Shown here piece after piece: positions 26,779 through 36,196 of a DNA stretch of 64,000 nucleotides. The notes under the pieces are model-generated. The model did no database searches. It worked only from the letters and a program-made list of their open reading frames with translations, and was not told the origin of the DNA. How positions within the stretch are numbered: position 1 is the stretch's first letter; each line of letters begins with the position of its first letter. A program made the position numbers and the translations under genes. The DNA is from Candidatus Omnitrophota bacterium (GTDB lineage Bacteria > Omnitrophota > Gorgyraeia > Zapsychrales > Fredricksoniimonadaceae): contig JADFXX010000003.1 in NCBI GenBank assembly GCA_015233335.1, positions 29,694-93,693 on the forward strand, in the 5' to 3' direction.

Positions 26779-27943
26779 GATAATTCATCAGTTGGGATCC
26801 TGGATAGTAGTAACTAAGGATTTGCTCATAGGTAAATTGCTGCTGGGCCATCCCTAAGGCCCCCCATTGGCACATGCCTACTCCATGTCCCCAGCCACGT
26901 CCGATTAAATCTACATAATATCCCTTCATGGATATTTCGTAGTTATTGCTTTTGATGACATTAGGGCCCATGATTTCACGAAAATCTTTACCTTTAAGAA
27001 TTAGTTCCTGACCGTTATTCTGGGTGATCTTTAAATGGTCGATACGTTCGCTTCGGTCGCGGTCAACTACACTTATATCTTTGATGGTATCAATCTTATA
27101 TCCATGACGTTTAAGCGTTTCTTGAACGTCCTTAAGACGGAAATTATTCTTCCAGTGCATGTGAGGCGAATTTTTACAAAATGGACATGGCACCCCTCGA
27201 AGTGGAGAGATGTCCGTAATATTCCATAGTTCATGCGCATCTTCAGTCATACCCCCACAGGTGGCATGAAAATAGGCTGGGATGATCACTCCGTTAAAAG
27301 TCAATATTTGTCCACGTGTACGCTCAACTGCCAAATCCGTACGGTAACGCTCAGACTCACGTCCTCCATAAACCTGCGAATAAATATCGTTCGTCACGTC
27401 ATAAATCTTACCGGACGGATTGAGGGAATACAAGGCATAGGTACGGGCTGCGACGGCCTGGGCTTTAAGGGCTTCCATGGGCCAGTGATGTGATACCTCA
27501 TGATATAATACACCCTTGATATAATCTTCAACGTTGATATTATTGACAGCAGTGATGCGGTTGTCCGATGTGCGGATTAAGGTCACTTCTCCACGGAAGG
27601 GTCGATTATCAATGATGATAGAAGCGTCTTTGGAGCTTTCAATGGTCAAACGGCGGGCGGGATAAATATCCAGACCTACCAATATGCCGCGGTCTAAAAG
27701 CCTTACCTTGCATTCCGCGAGTCTCAAACCATGAGCAATGACATGGCCTGAAGACATGTCACGAAGGCGATAATTTCCGTGGATGGCAAGAACCACCTCC
27801 CTTGAGTCGCGTACAATAGCGACCCTTACTATGTCCGGGGTTTTTAGTGAAATTTTATCACTGGCATTGACGGAGAAAGTGATCATCCCACTTAACAGAA
27901 CAAGAATTAAGAATATATTTTTTTTCATTTTCTTTCTATCCAA
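26717..27943 (-). CDS. SpoIID/LytB domain protein (peptidoglycan hydrolase/amidase enhancer family)
   Basis: 408 aa. Signal peptide, EDYIKGVLYHEVSHHWPMEALKAQAVAARTYAL, HATCGGMTED, GHGVGMCQWGA. Confidence 0.8.
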   Translation of the reverse strand: MDRKKMKKNIFLILVLLSGMITFSVNASDKISLKTPDIVRVAIVRDSREVVLAIHGNYRLRDMSSGHVIAHGLRLAECKVRLLDRGILVGLDIYPARRLTIESSKDASIIIDNRPFRGEVTLIRTSDNRITAVNNINVEDYIKGVLYHEVSHHWPMEALKAQAVAARTYALYSLNPSGKIYDVTNDIYSQVYGGRESERYRTDLAVERTRGQILTFNGVIIPAYFHATCGGMTEDAHELWNITDISPLRGVPCPFCKNSPHMHWKNNFRLKDVQETLKRHGYKIDTIKDISVVDRDRSERIDHLKITQNNGQELILKGKDFREIMGPNVIKSNNYEISMKGYYVDLIGRGWGHGVGMCQWGALGMAQQQFTYEQILSYYYPGSQLMNYHELEKPETIKDSKPSLHNTK

Positions 27944-28140
27944 TACATGATAATACTTAAAATAATGCTTAGTAAAATACAGGTCGTCAAAGGAAAATAA
28001 AAGCTAAAGTTTTCTTTTTTAATAAAAATATCCCCGGGTAGTTTTCCGGTATATGGAATTTTATCTGCCAGCGATAAAACTATTCCAATGACTGTCAGAA
28101 CAACGCCAATCAAAATAATTGATTTTCCCAGTTCTCCCAT
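27925..28140 (-). CDS. DUF2905 small membrane protein
   Basis: 71 aa. GKLPGDIFIKKENFSFYFPLTTCILLSIILSIIMY is a typical DUF2905 sequence. Confidence 0.7.
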   Translation of the reverse strand: MGELGKSIILIGVVLTVIGIVLSLADKIPYTGKLPGDIFIKKENFSFYFPLTTCILLSIILSIIMYWIERK

Positions 28141-28142
28141 TG

Positions 28143-29141
28143 TTATTTAATTCCTAAATGCGAAATGGCCATTGGGGTCAGTTCACGTCCTCTGGATGTA
28201 CGGCGTAAGAAACCGGCTTTTAACAAATAAGGCTCAATGACATCTTCGATCGTATCCGTTTCTTCGTTTAAAGTCGCGGCTAAGGCTTCTATTCCTACAG
28301 GCCCTCCGCTGTAATTGGTTTTGATGATCGTCAATAACCGACGGTCTAATTCATCGAGCCCCTGGGGGTCAATCCGTAATGCCTTCATGGCTTCATTAAC
28401 GATTTTTAAGTCAATATGGTTTTTGTTCGAATTGACTTGGGCATAGTCGCGGCTGCGGCGTAAAAGCCGGTTGGCGATGCGTGGCGTGCCTCGCGCACGC
28501 AAGGCTAAGCCCAAACATGCATCGGAGTCAATTGCGACATTAAGTTTTCCTGCTGATGTTGAAATAATAGAACTAAGGTCTTGTTGAGAATAAAATTCTA
28601 AATGATAAAAAATTCCAAAACGGTCACGCAAAGGTGTGGTCAAAAGGCCGCTGCGTGTAGTTGCCCCAATTAAGGTAAATGGTTTTAAATTAAAATTGAT
28701 CGTCTTTGCGTAAGGCCCCTTATCTACAATAAAGTCGATTTTAAAATTTTCCATGGCCGGGTAAAGAAATTCTTCAACGGTTTTAGAAAGCCGGTGTATC
28801 TCATCAATAAAGAGCACATCTCCCTCTTCTAAATTGGTCAGGATCCCGATAAAATCTCCTGCTCGATCAATAGCCGGACCAGAAGTAACGGTAATGCGAC
28901 GGTTCATCTCATTCGCAATGATATGGGCCAGGGAGGTCTTACCTAAGCCGGGCGGGCCTGAAAAAAGGGTATGCTCTAACGGTTCGTTACGTTTCTGGGC
29001 GGCCGTAATTGCAACCCTCAAACCGCTCACTAAATCCGGTTGTCCGACAAAATCGTCTAAACGTTCAGGCCTTAAAGACAGGCTGATGACACGATCTTCT
29101 TCATTTTCCTGATTTAATATAAGACGTTTGATCTCTTCCAT
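28143..29141 (-). CDS. ruvB: Holliday junction branch migration helicase
   Basis: 332 aa. LRPERLDDFVGQ, GPPGLGKTSLAHI, LFIDEIHRL, TRSGLLTTPLRDRFG. Confidence 0.95.
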   Translation of the reverse strand: MEEIKRLILNQENEEDRVISLSLRPERLDDFVGQPDLVSGLRVAITAAQKRNEPLEHTLFSGPPGLGKTSLAHIIANEMNRRITVTSGPAIDRAGDFIGILTNLEEGDVLFIDEIHRLSKTVEEFLYPAMENFKIDFIVDKGPYAKTINFNLKPFTLIGATTRSGLLTTPLRDRFGIFYHLEFYSQQDLSSIISTSAGKLNVAIDSDACLGLALRARGTPRIANRLLRRSRDYAQVNSNKNHIDLKIVNEAMKALRIDPQGLDELDRRLLTIIKTNYSGGPVGIEALAATLNEETDTIEDVIEPYLLKAGFLRRTSRGRELTPMAISHLGIK

Positions 29142-29143
29142 AA

Positions 29144-29890
29144 TTAAGCCGGTGGTACGGTTGGCGATTCCTCTGGCGTATTACGCAGGATTTCAATATC
29201 CGCGAAATGGCGCTGTTGCAAAACGATAATTTCTTTTAAACGGATTAATTCAAGGATCGCAATAAATGTGCATATGATCTCCGGTCGGCCGGAAGACCTT
29301 TTAAAAAGTTCCATTAATGAAAGACGTGAACGATCTTTTAAAAGATCGAGTAAGCTGTGAATTTTTTCATCAACGGTATATTTTTCACCAGTGACTTGAT
29401 AATCATTTCTGTCCGGTATATGTTTTAATGCCTCTGAAAAAGCATTAATCAAGTCAAAAAGGGTCGGTTCGAATAAAATCTCCTGGGCTTCTTCTTTAAT
29501 TTCATTGATTTTATCTTCATCAACGATACGCCCGAATAAATTTTGACGCTGGTATTCCTTATTTTTAAGTCCCAAAGCGACAGCCTTAAACTGTTCATAT
29601 TCCCGCAGACGGTCCACCAGTTCCTGTCGGGGATCTGGGGCTTCTGTCGCTGACAAAGGATCAGGCGGCAGTAACATCTTGGATTTGATCTGCATTAAGG
29701 TTGCGGCCATAACTAAAAAGTCCCCTACCACATCCAAATCGAGTAATTTCATCATATGGATATATTCCATATACTGATCCGTGATCGTGGCAATGGGGAT
29801 ATCACAGATATCAATATCATCTTTCTTGATAAGATAGAGCAACAGATCCAATGGCCCTTCAAATTTCTCAAGGTGAATTTTATAGTTCAT
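29144..29890 (-). CDS. scpA: Segregation and condensation protein A
   Basis: 248 aa. FEGPLDLLLYLIKKDDIDICDIPIATITDQY. Confidence 0.85.
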   Translation of the reverse strand: MNYKIHLEKFEGPLDLLLYLIKKDDIDICDIPIATITDQYMEYIHMMKLLDLDVVGDFLVMAATLMQIKSKMLLPPDPLSATEAPDPRQELVDRLREYEQFKAVALGLKNKEYQRQNLFGRIVDEDKINEIKEEAQEILFEPTLFDLINAFSEALKHIPDRNDYQVTGEKYTVDEKIHSLLDLLKDRSRLSLMELFKRSSGRPEIICTFIAILELIRLKEIIVLQQRHFADIEILRNTPEESPTVPPA

Positions 29891-29891
29891 A

Positions 29892-30869
29892 TTAATAGAT
29901 CGCTTGACGGACTTCTTCTATTGTTTGGCGTGCAATGACTCGGGCTTTTTTGGAGCCTTCATTTAGGATGTCCTCGATCCTGCTTTTATTCTGTTCCAGT
30001 TGAGCACGTTTATCCCGGATGGGTTTAAGTTCCTGATTGATGCTTTTGCTTAAATTTTTCTTACAATCGACACAACCTTTAAGAGCTTTAGAGCACCACT
30101 GGTGTGCTTCAGGGGCTTGTTTTGTCGCAAATACCAGATAATAACTGTATACATTGCATTCTTCAGGATGTCCGGGATCAGTTTTACGAATACGTTTAGG
30201 GTCTGTGATCATTGATACAACCTGAGTTTCAACTTGCTCTTCGCTATCTGATAAATTAATGGTATTGCCGTAACTCTTGCTCATTTTTCGGTTATCAAGC
30301 CCTAACAGCCTGGGAGTTTCGGTTAATATGGCACGGCAGTCGTTAAATACCTCTTTTTTATAGATGGAATTGAACCGTCGGGCGATCTCACGGCATAATT
30401 CCAGATGAGGCAGCTGATCTTCTCCGATGGGGACAGCATCAGCCTTATACAAAAGGATATCTGCTGCCTGTAATACCGGATAACCTAAAAAGGCGTAGGT
30501 TTGCAAGTCCCGTGATGTGATCTCGCGCAGCTGTTCTTTGTAGGTGGGATTGCGCTCCAGCCACCCCAAAGGGGTTAGGCAGGATAAAAACATTTGTAAT
30601 TCTAAATGCTCAGAAACATCGGACTGCACATAGATAATGGATTTTTCAGGGTCAATACCGCAGGCCATCCAATCGAGGGCCATATCTATCCCATAACTGC
30701 GTAAGGGGCGGCTATTTTCATACTCACTCATGAGGGCGTGCCAGTCAGCGATGCTGAAAATGCATTGGTACTCTTCTTGAAGGGAAACCCAATTTTTAAG
30801 AGCCCCCAACAAATGTCCCAAATGCAACTTTCCAGTCGGTCGCATCGCTGAAAAAATTTTCTTTTTCAT
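29892..30869 (-). CDS. trpS: Tryptophan--tRNA ligase
   Basis: 325 aa. PTGKLHLGHLLG (HIGH) and KMSKS. Confidence 0.93.
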   Translation of the reverse strand: MKKKIFSAMRPTGKLHLGHLLGALKNWVSLQEEYQCIFSIADWHALMSEYENSRPLRSYGIDMALDWMACGIDPEKSIIYVQSDVSEHLELQMFLSCLTPLGWLERNPTYKEQLREITSRDLQTYAFLGYPVLQAADILLYKADAVPIGEDQLPHLELCREIARRFNSIYKKEVFNDCRAILTETPRLLGLDNRKMSKSYGNTINLSDSEEQVETQVVSMITDPKRIRKTDPGHPEECNVYSYYLVFATKQAPEAHQWCSKALKGCVDCKKNLSKSINQELKPIRDKRAQLEQNKSRIEDILNEGSKKARVIARQTIEEVRQAIY

Positions 30870-30923
30870 ACTTAAATGTTAACGCCTGTAAGGGAATTAT
30901 GAATTTATTATGCGCCGTATGTC

Positions 30924-33416
30924 TTAAAGCTTGCGCGCGATTGATTCTATGTCAAAAGCTTCGATGATGTCTCCCACAGTGATCGTGTCAAAATGGGAAA
31001 CCGTGATCCCGCATTCAAAACCTTCGGTAACTTCTTTGACATCATCTTTAAAACGTTTGAGCGTGCTGATATGTCCGGTATGAACAACCTCGCCGTTGCG
31101 TAAAACTTCAACTTGAATTTTGTTGCGTACCTTGCCTTTTTGGACATAACAGCCTGCAACGATCCCTGATCGGCTTAATTTAAATACATTACGGACCTCA
31201 ATGCGTCCGACAAAGTGCCTCTTGAGCTTAGGTGCCAATAAGCCTTCCAGGGCCTTTCTTAGGTCTTCCACTGCATCATAAATGATGCGGTATTCCCGCA
31301 CATCCACAGGATTTTTTTCCAACTCTTGTCTCGCTTTATCATCAGTTCCGACCTGAAAGGCAATGATAATAGCTTGAGAGGCATGTGCCAAAACAACGTC
31401 AGAAGCATTGACATCACCTACCGCCACATGGATAAAACGCAGCTTTACTTCATCAGAAGGAATTTTTTCCAGAGACTCTTTGAGCGCTTCTAGAGAGCCT
31501 TGCACATCACCCTTCATAACAACGCGTAATTCCTTGATCTCGCCTTGCTGGATCTGCGAATAAAGTTCTTCTAAAGAGACTTTCGCAGTGCCCGAAAGTT
31601 TTTCATTTTTCAATTTTTCTTGACGGTTTTCAGCGATTTCTTTAGCTTTCTTTTCATCTTCGACAGCGTAGAAAATTTCACCGGCAGCAGGAACTTCCGA
31701 GAGGCCAAGGATTTCCACGGGTGTTGAAGGGCCAGCTTCCTTAATCAGCTGTCCTTGATTGTCAAACATGGCCTTGACCTTACAATGAAGCGGCCCAATG
31801 ACGATAGCATCTGACTCGCGCAGCGTTCCGCTTTGTACAATCAAAGAGGCGATAGCTCCCTTACCTTTACTCATATGAGCCTCAATGACAATACCTAAAG
31901 CGTTTTTATCGGGGTTGGCTTTTAGCTCCAGTATTTCAGCTTCTAATAAAATCCGTTCTAAGAGTTTTTCAATTCCTTGTCCTGTTAAGGCTGAGACTTC
32001 AACTACACCAACTTTGCCTCCCCAATCCTCCGGACTAAGATCAAGTTCTGCAAGTTGTTTTTTAACCCGGTCCGGATCAGCGGTTTTTTTATCGATTTTA
32101 TTAAGGGCAACCACAATCGGTGCATTAGCGGCCCGGGCATGGGCAATGGCTTCCTGGGTCTGAGGCATGACACCATCGTCAGCCGCGACAACTAACACTA
32201 CGATATCAGTGATGTGAGCTCCTCGTGCTCGCATCGCTGTGAAGGCTTCATGACCTGGGGTGTCTAAAAATGTAATCTTACCGCTTGAAGTTTTGACCAA
32301 ATAAGCCCCTATATGCTGAGTAATGCCTCCATGTTCACCTTCTGCCACTCTGGCTGAACGGATCTGGTCAAGTAAGGATGTTTTACCATGATCAACATGC
32401 CCCATAAAGGTGACCACAGGGGCCCGCGGCCTTAAAGAAGCCGGATCGTCCTTTTGCTGCTGGTGAACGTCAATGAGTTCTTCTTCCTGGGTTTTACTTT
32501 TGATGAGATTAATCCCAAAAGAATTTGCTAATTTTTCGACTAATTCTTCGCCTAAATTCTGGTTAATATTGGCAAACACTCCCATATTCAGCAGCTTTTT
32601 TAAAACAACATTCATCTTCTGATTGATACGTACGGCGAAATCTTTAACACTGATCGGTATGGGCATTTCAATATCTAAAAGCGGCCCTGCAGGTTCAACT
32701 TCTGGAACGACGGCACCGGCAATAGAGGCAGACGGCTTATGGTCCCTCCCTCGGCTTTGGCTTGCGGCGTCCTCAAAAGATCTTTTACGCTTTTTAACTA
32801 AAGGTTTAACTGATATAAAAGGCTCATTATAACGGACTTTTTTCTTGAGAGGATCAAGAGTGGGAATATCTTTAGGGATATCAATTTTTGTGACATCAAT
32901 TTCAGGAATTACTAGTTTTGGCGTGGGTTCAATTTTAGGCGCAGGTTCCGCCTTAGGAGTGGAATCAGTTTTGGGGGGTTCAGATTTTGGTAAAATCGGC
33001 TTGGTGGTCTCAACAACAGGTGGTGCAATTTTTTGAATGATCAGGGCCTCGGTAGTTTCAGGAACAGCCGCTGGTTTTTTATCGGAAGATATTTTGGGTA
33101 ACGGTTCATCATCAGACTCAAGGGCTGTTTTCTTACGAGATAAGGCCGGTTTCGCCTTTTTTTCTTTTTTTTCACCCTCGGTCTTTATTTTAGGCTTAGG
33201 TGCTGTTTTAGTCTTTTTGATTGTCTTTTTAGGGGGAGGCGGTTCATCAGCCACCTTTTGGCCTATGCCTTCATCAGCTAAAGCGTCACGTAAAATCATT
33301 TCAACTATGGCGGTAATTTCGCCGTTCTCTTTGGATCGCAGTTTTAATGATTTGATTTTATTTAAAATGTAAGCATCGGTAATCTTTAGTTCTTTGGCCA
33401 AATCTGCTATAAGCAT
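30924..33416 (-). CDS. infB: Translation initiation factor IF-2
   Basis: GTPase core VVTFMGHVDHGKTSLLD, DTPGHEAF, NKID. Start moved to MLIADLAKELK (ATG 33416, 1 nt from the nusA stop) rather than ORF-track 33491. Confidence 0.95.
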   Translation of the reverse strand: MLIADLAKELKITDAYILNKIKSLKLRSKENGEITAIVEMILRDALADEGIGQKVADEPPPPKKTIKKTKTAPKPKIKTEGEKKEKKAKPALSRKKTALESDDEPLPKISSDKKPAAVPETTEALIIQKIAPPVVETTKPILPKSEPPKTDSTPKAEPAPKIEPTPKLVIPEIDVTKIDIPKDIPTLDPLKKKVRYNEPFISVKPLVKKRKRSFEDAASQSRGRDHKPSASIAGAVVPEVEPAGPLLDIEMPIPISVKDFAVRINQKMNVVLKKLLNMGVFANINQNLGEELVEKLANSFGINLIKSKTQEEELIDVHQQQKDDPASLRPRAPVVTFMGHVDHGKTSLLDQIRSARVAEGEHGGITQHIGAYLVKTSSGKITFLDTPGHEAFTAMRARGAHITDIVVLVVAADDGVMPQTQEAIAHARAANAPIVVALNKIDKKTADPDRVKKQLAELDLSPEDWGGKVGVVEVSALTGQGIEKLLERILLEAEILELKANPDKNALGIVIEAHMSKGKGAIASLIVQSGTLRESDAIVIGPLHCKVKAMFDNQGQLIKEAGPSTPVEILGLSEVPAAGEIFYAVEDEKKAKEIAENRQEKLKNEKLSGTAKVSLEELYSQIQQGEIKELRVVMKGDVQGSLEALKESLEKIPSDEVKLRFIHVAVGDVNASDVVLAHASQAIIIAFQVGTDDKARQELEKNPVDVREYRIIYDAVEDLRKALEGLLAPKLKRHFVGRIEVRNVFKLSRSGIVAGCYVQKGKVRNKIQVEVLRNGEVVHTGHISTLKRFKDDVKEVTEGFECGITVSHFDTITVGDIIEAFDIESIARKL

Positions 33417-33417
33417 A

Positions 33418-34464
33418 TTATTCCTGTTCCTCTTCTTCTTTAGAATCCTCATCCGCGGGGATGGCATCCTGGAAAGGACCGGCTGGAGCAATTTCCTCAG
33501 ATTCTACGGTTTTTTGTTTTTCTTCCCATTGTTTGGCGGAATAGATATCTAATTCCCAGCCCAATAATTTACTGGCAAGCCTGACATTCTGGCCATATTT
33601 TCCGATGGCTAAAGATAATTGATCTTCATCAACGATGATATTGACTCGTTTTTCATCGGCAATCAGCTGCATTTGTGAAATTTCGGCCGGAGATAAAGCC
33701 GCCTGAATATATTCTTTAATGTCGTCGGAATGACGAACGATGTCAATTTTTTCACCGTGCAATTCGGTAACAATATTTTTGACCCGGCTGCCGCGCATAC
33801 CCACACAAGCCCCCACACAATCGATCTTTTCGTCTTTGGAATAAACGGCGATTTTTGTACGTTCGCCTGGATCCCGGGCGATCGCTTTAATTTCAATGAT
33901 GCCTTCGTATATTTCAGGGACCTCCAGCTCAAAAAGACGTTTGACAAAATTAGGATGAGCCCGTGAAAGGATCACCTGGGGGCCGCGATTTTCACGGCGA
34001 ACCTCCAACACATAAGCACGAATCCGCTCCCCCTGACGAAACTCTTCCTTATTGCTTTGTTCGCTCTTGGGTATCAGAGCCTCAGATTTTCCTAAATCCA
34101 CAATAATGTTGCCCCTTTCAAAACGATAAACGCTGCCGCTTATGATCTGCCCGATACGGGCATTATATTCTCCGAATACCACGTCTTTTTCTGCTTCACG
34201 GATTTTTTGAATTACGACCTGCTTGGCGGTTTGTGCAGCGATACGGCCAAATTCACTAGAATGAATTTCCTCATCTCCAGCCCAAGCCTTAATTTTACCG
34301 GTTTTACGGTCCAAGGTCACTCGAACATCTTCTTCTTTATCTACGGTCCATATTTTTTTTGCAGCTGAGGCGACTGCTGCCTCTACGGCTGCGATTAAAG
34401 TTTCTTTATTAATGCCTTTATCCCGTTCTAACTGTTCAAGAATCGTCATTAATTCACTGTCCAT
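33418..34464 (-). CDS. nusA: Transcription termination/antitermination factor NusA
   Basis: 348 aa. S1 + KH domains (GRIAAQTAKQV, ARDPGERTKIAV, CVGMRGSRV, AIGKYGQNVRLASKLLGW). Confidence 0.95.
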   Translation of the reverse strand: MDSELMTILEQLERDKGINKETLIAAVEAAVASAAKKIWTVDKEEDVRVTLDRKTGKIKAWAGDEEIHSSEFGRIAAQTAKQVVIQKIREAEKDVVFGEYNARIGQIISGSVYRFERGNIIVDLGKSEALIPKSEQSNKEEFRQGERIRAYVLEVRRENRGPQVILSRAHPNFVKRLFELEVPEIYEGIIEIKAIARDPGERTKIAVYSKDEKIDCVGACVGMRGSRVKNIVTELHGEKIDIVRHSDDIKEYIQAALSPAEISQMQLIADEKRVNIIVDEDQLSLAIGKYGQNVRLASKLLGWELDIYSAKQWEEKQKTVESEEIAPAGPFQDAIPADEDSKEEEEQE

Positions 34465-34495
34465 ACTTCCCCTCTCTAAAGAAAATTATATAGTA

Positions 34496-34969
34496 TTAAA
34501 TAACAAGCAACCCTTTGATAATATCATTCAGGGGCAAAACTAATTTGGATGAATGCGAAACTTCAATGATTACGGAGTTTTCTCCAATTTCAGTTAAGAT
34601 TCCTCTCACTTCTTTTTTTCCTGCTACAGGTTCTTTAAGCCAAATATGAAGTTCTTGGCCCTTGAAGCGTATAAAATCTTTGCGCGTGACCAACGGTCTG
34701 TCTAACCCCGGTGAAGATAGTTCAAGGGAGAAATGATCAGCAGGCAAGAGCTTTTCCTGTTCAATCCGAGCTGCCAAAGTTTTGTTTAGTATAGCACACT
34801 CCCTTATGTTGATGCCACCAGAAGGTTTGTCCGCTGTGATCTGAATAAAAATGTCATTTAAAGATCCGCTTACTTTAAAATCAATTAAATCTATATTTTG
34901 TGCCTCGAATATTTTATCGGCCAGCAATTTAATTCTATGATCGAGGTCTTCACGGTTTATGTCTTCCAT
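34496..34969 (-). CDS. rimP: Ribosome maturation factor RimP
   Basis: 157 aa. LELSSPGLDRPL motif and the conserved rimP-nusA-infB order. Confidence 0.85.
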   Translation of the reverse strand: MEDINREDLDHRIKLLADKIFEAQNIDLIDFKVSGSLNDIFIQITADKPSGGINIRECAILNKTLAARIEQEKLLPADHFSLELSSPGLDRPLVTRKDFIRFKGQELHIWLKEPVAGKKEVRGILTEIGENSVIIEVSHSSKLVLPLNDIIKGLLVI

Positions 34970-36195
34970 AATTTCATGATTTCTTCTTTGATATTGTCTT
35001 TGTTGACGGCAATCACCTGTCCGCTGCGGCGGATTTTAATTTCTACCTGATTTTGTGCAAGCATGCGTTTTCCGATAACGATACGCAAGGGGATGCCAAT
35101 GAGATCTGCGTCATTGAATTTACGTCCGGCGCTTTCATCCCGGTCATCTAGAAGCACATCCAGTCCCAATGATTTAAGTTCTTGATAATATTGTTCACTC
35201 AAACGCATGGTTGGATCATCAGTGGCTTGTAAGGGTAAAATTTCCACATCAAAAGGAGCGACTTCTTTAGGCCATATAATACCGCCACTATCATTGTTGA
35301 CTTCGATGATCGCCGCAATCAAACGGCTGACGCCGATTCCGTAACAACCCATGATCAGGGGTTTCTGATGTCCATTTTCGTCTAGATATAAAGCTCCAAG
35401 GCTTTCAGAATATTTCGTCCCTAATTGAAAAATATGGCCCAGTTCAATGGCTACTTTGCGTTCCCAATGTTCTCCTTGGGGAGCCTTGCCTTCTTCGTCC
35501 TTGATGATCTCACCGTTAATTTTATTGACCCATACCCCATCTTCCCCAATGGGAGCTGTGACTAAAAATTCGTGAGAAATGCTTCCTCCCATGGCCCCGG
35601 AATCGGCACCAACCACCATCACATCCAGGCCGCAGCGTTGAAAAATTTTTTTATAGGCGGAAAGTTGTAATTCGTAATTTTTATTCAGACCTTGGATATC
35701 ACGGTCAAAGCTATAAGCGTCCTTCATGATAAATTCACAGGCGCGTACGATACCAAAACGCGTACGGATCTCATCACGGAATTTGGTCTGGATCTGATAC
35801 AAGGTAACCGGTAATTGACGATAACTTTTAATGAATTTTCTGGCCAAGTCAGTAATGATTTCCTCATGAGTCGGCCCCAGGCACATGCGTTGGCCTTTTT
35901 TGTTATCAAAAGTGATCATAATCTCTTTGAGAGTTTGATCGCGGCCGGTTTTTTCCCAGATTTCAATAGGATGCAATGCCGGCATCAGCAGTTGGTGGCA
36001 ACCGATGGCATTCATTTCCTCACGGATGATATCTTCAACCTTGCTTAAGACCTTAAATCCCATAGGTAAATAGGAATACACCCCAGAGGTGAGCATTTCA
36101 ACTAATCCGGCACGTAATGAAAGCTGATGGCTTATCGCTTCAGTCCCTGTGGGGACTTCTTTTAATGTTGGAAGAAAATATCTAGACCAATACAT
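34957..36195 (-). CDS. proS: Proline--tRNA ligase, bacterial-type catalytic core without INS editing domain
   Basis: Start at MYWSRYFLPTLKE (ATG 36195, 1 nt after the upstream stop). Class II motifs FRDEIRTRFGIVRACEF and GCYGIGVSR. Only about 30 aa lie between SHEF and GHIFQLGTKYS, where E. coli has an INS of about 180 aa. Confidence 0.9.
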   Translation of the reverse strand: MYWSRYFLPTLKEVPTGTEAISHQLSLRAGLVEMLTSGVYSYLPMGFKVLSKVEDIIREEMNAIGCHQLLMPALHPIEIWEKTGRDQTLKEIMITFDNKKGQRMCLGPTHEEIITDLARKFIKSYRQLPVTLYQIQTKFRDEIRTRFGIVRACEFIMKDAYSFDRDIQGLNKNYELQLSAYKKIFQRCGLDVMVVGADSGAMGGSISHEFLVTAPIGEDGVWVNKINGEIIKDEEGKAPQGEHWERKVAIELGHIFQLGTKYSESLGALYLDENGHQKPLIMGCYGIGVSRLIAAIIEVNNDSGGIIWPKEVAPFDVEILPLQATDDPTMRLSEQYYQELKSLGLDVLLDDRDESAGRKFNDADLIGIPLRIVIGKRMLAQNQVEIKIRRSGQVIAVNKDNIKEEIMKLWKT

Positions 36196-36196
36196 A

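Noticed and set aside
32816-33176. Repetitive PK/EP/TP-rich coding region that looks like tandem repeats at the DNA level.
   Set aside because: It is the usual low-complexity N-terminal linker of IF-2. It is in frame and not an independent repeat element.
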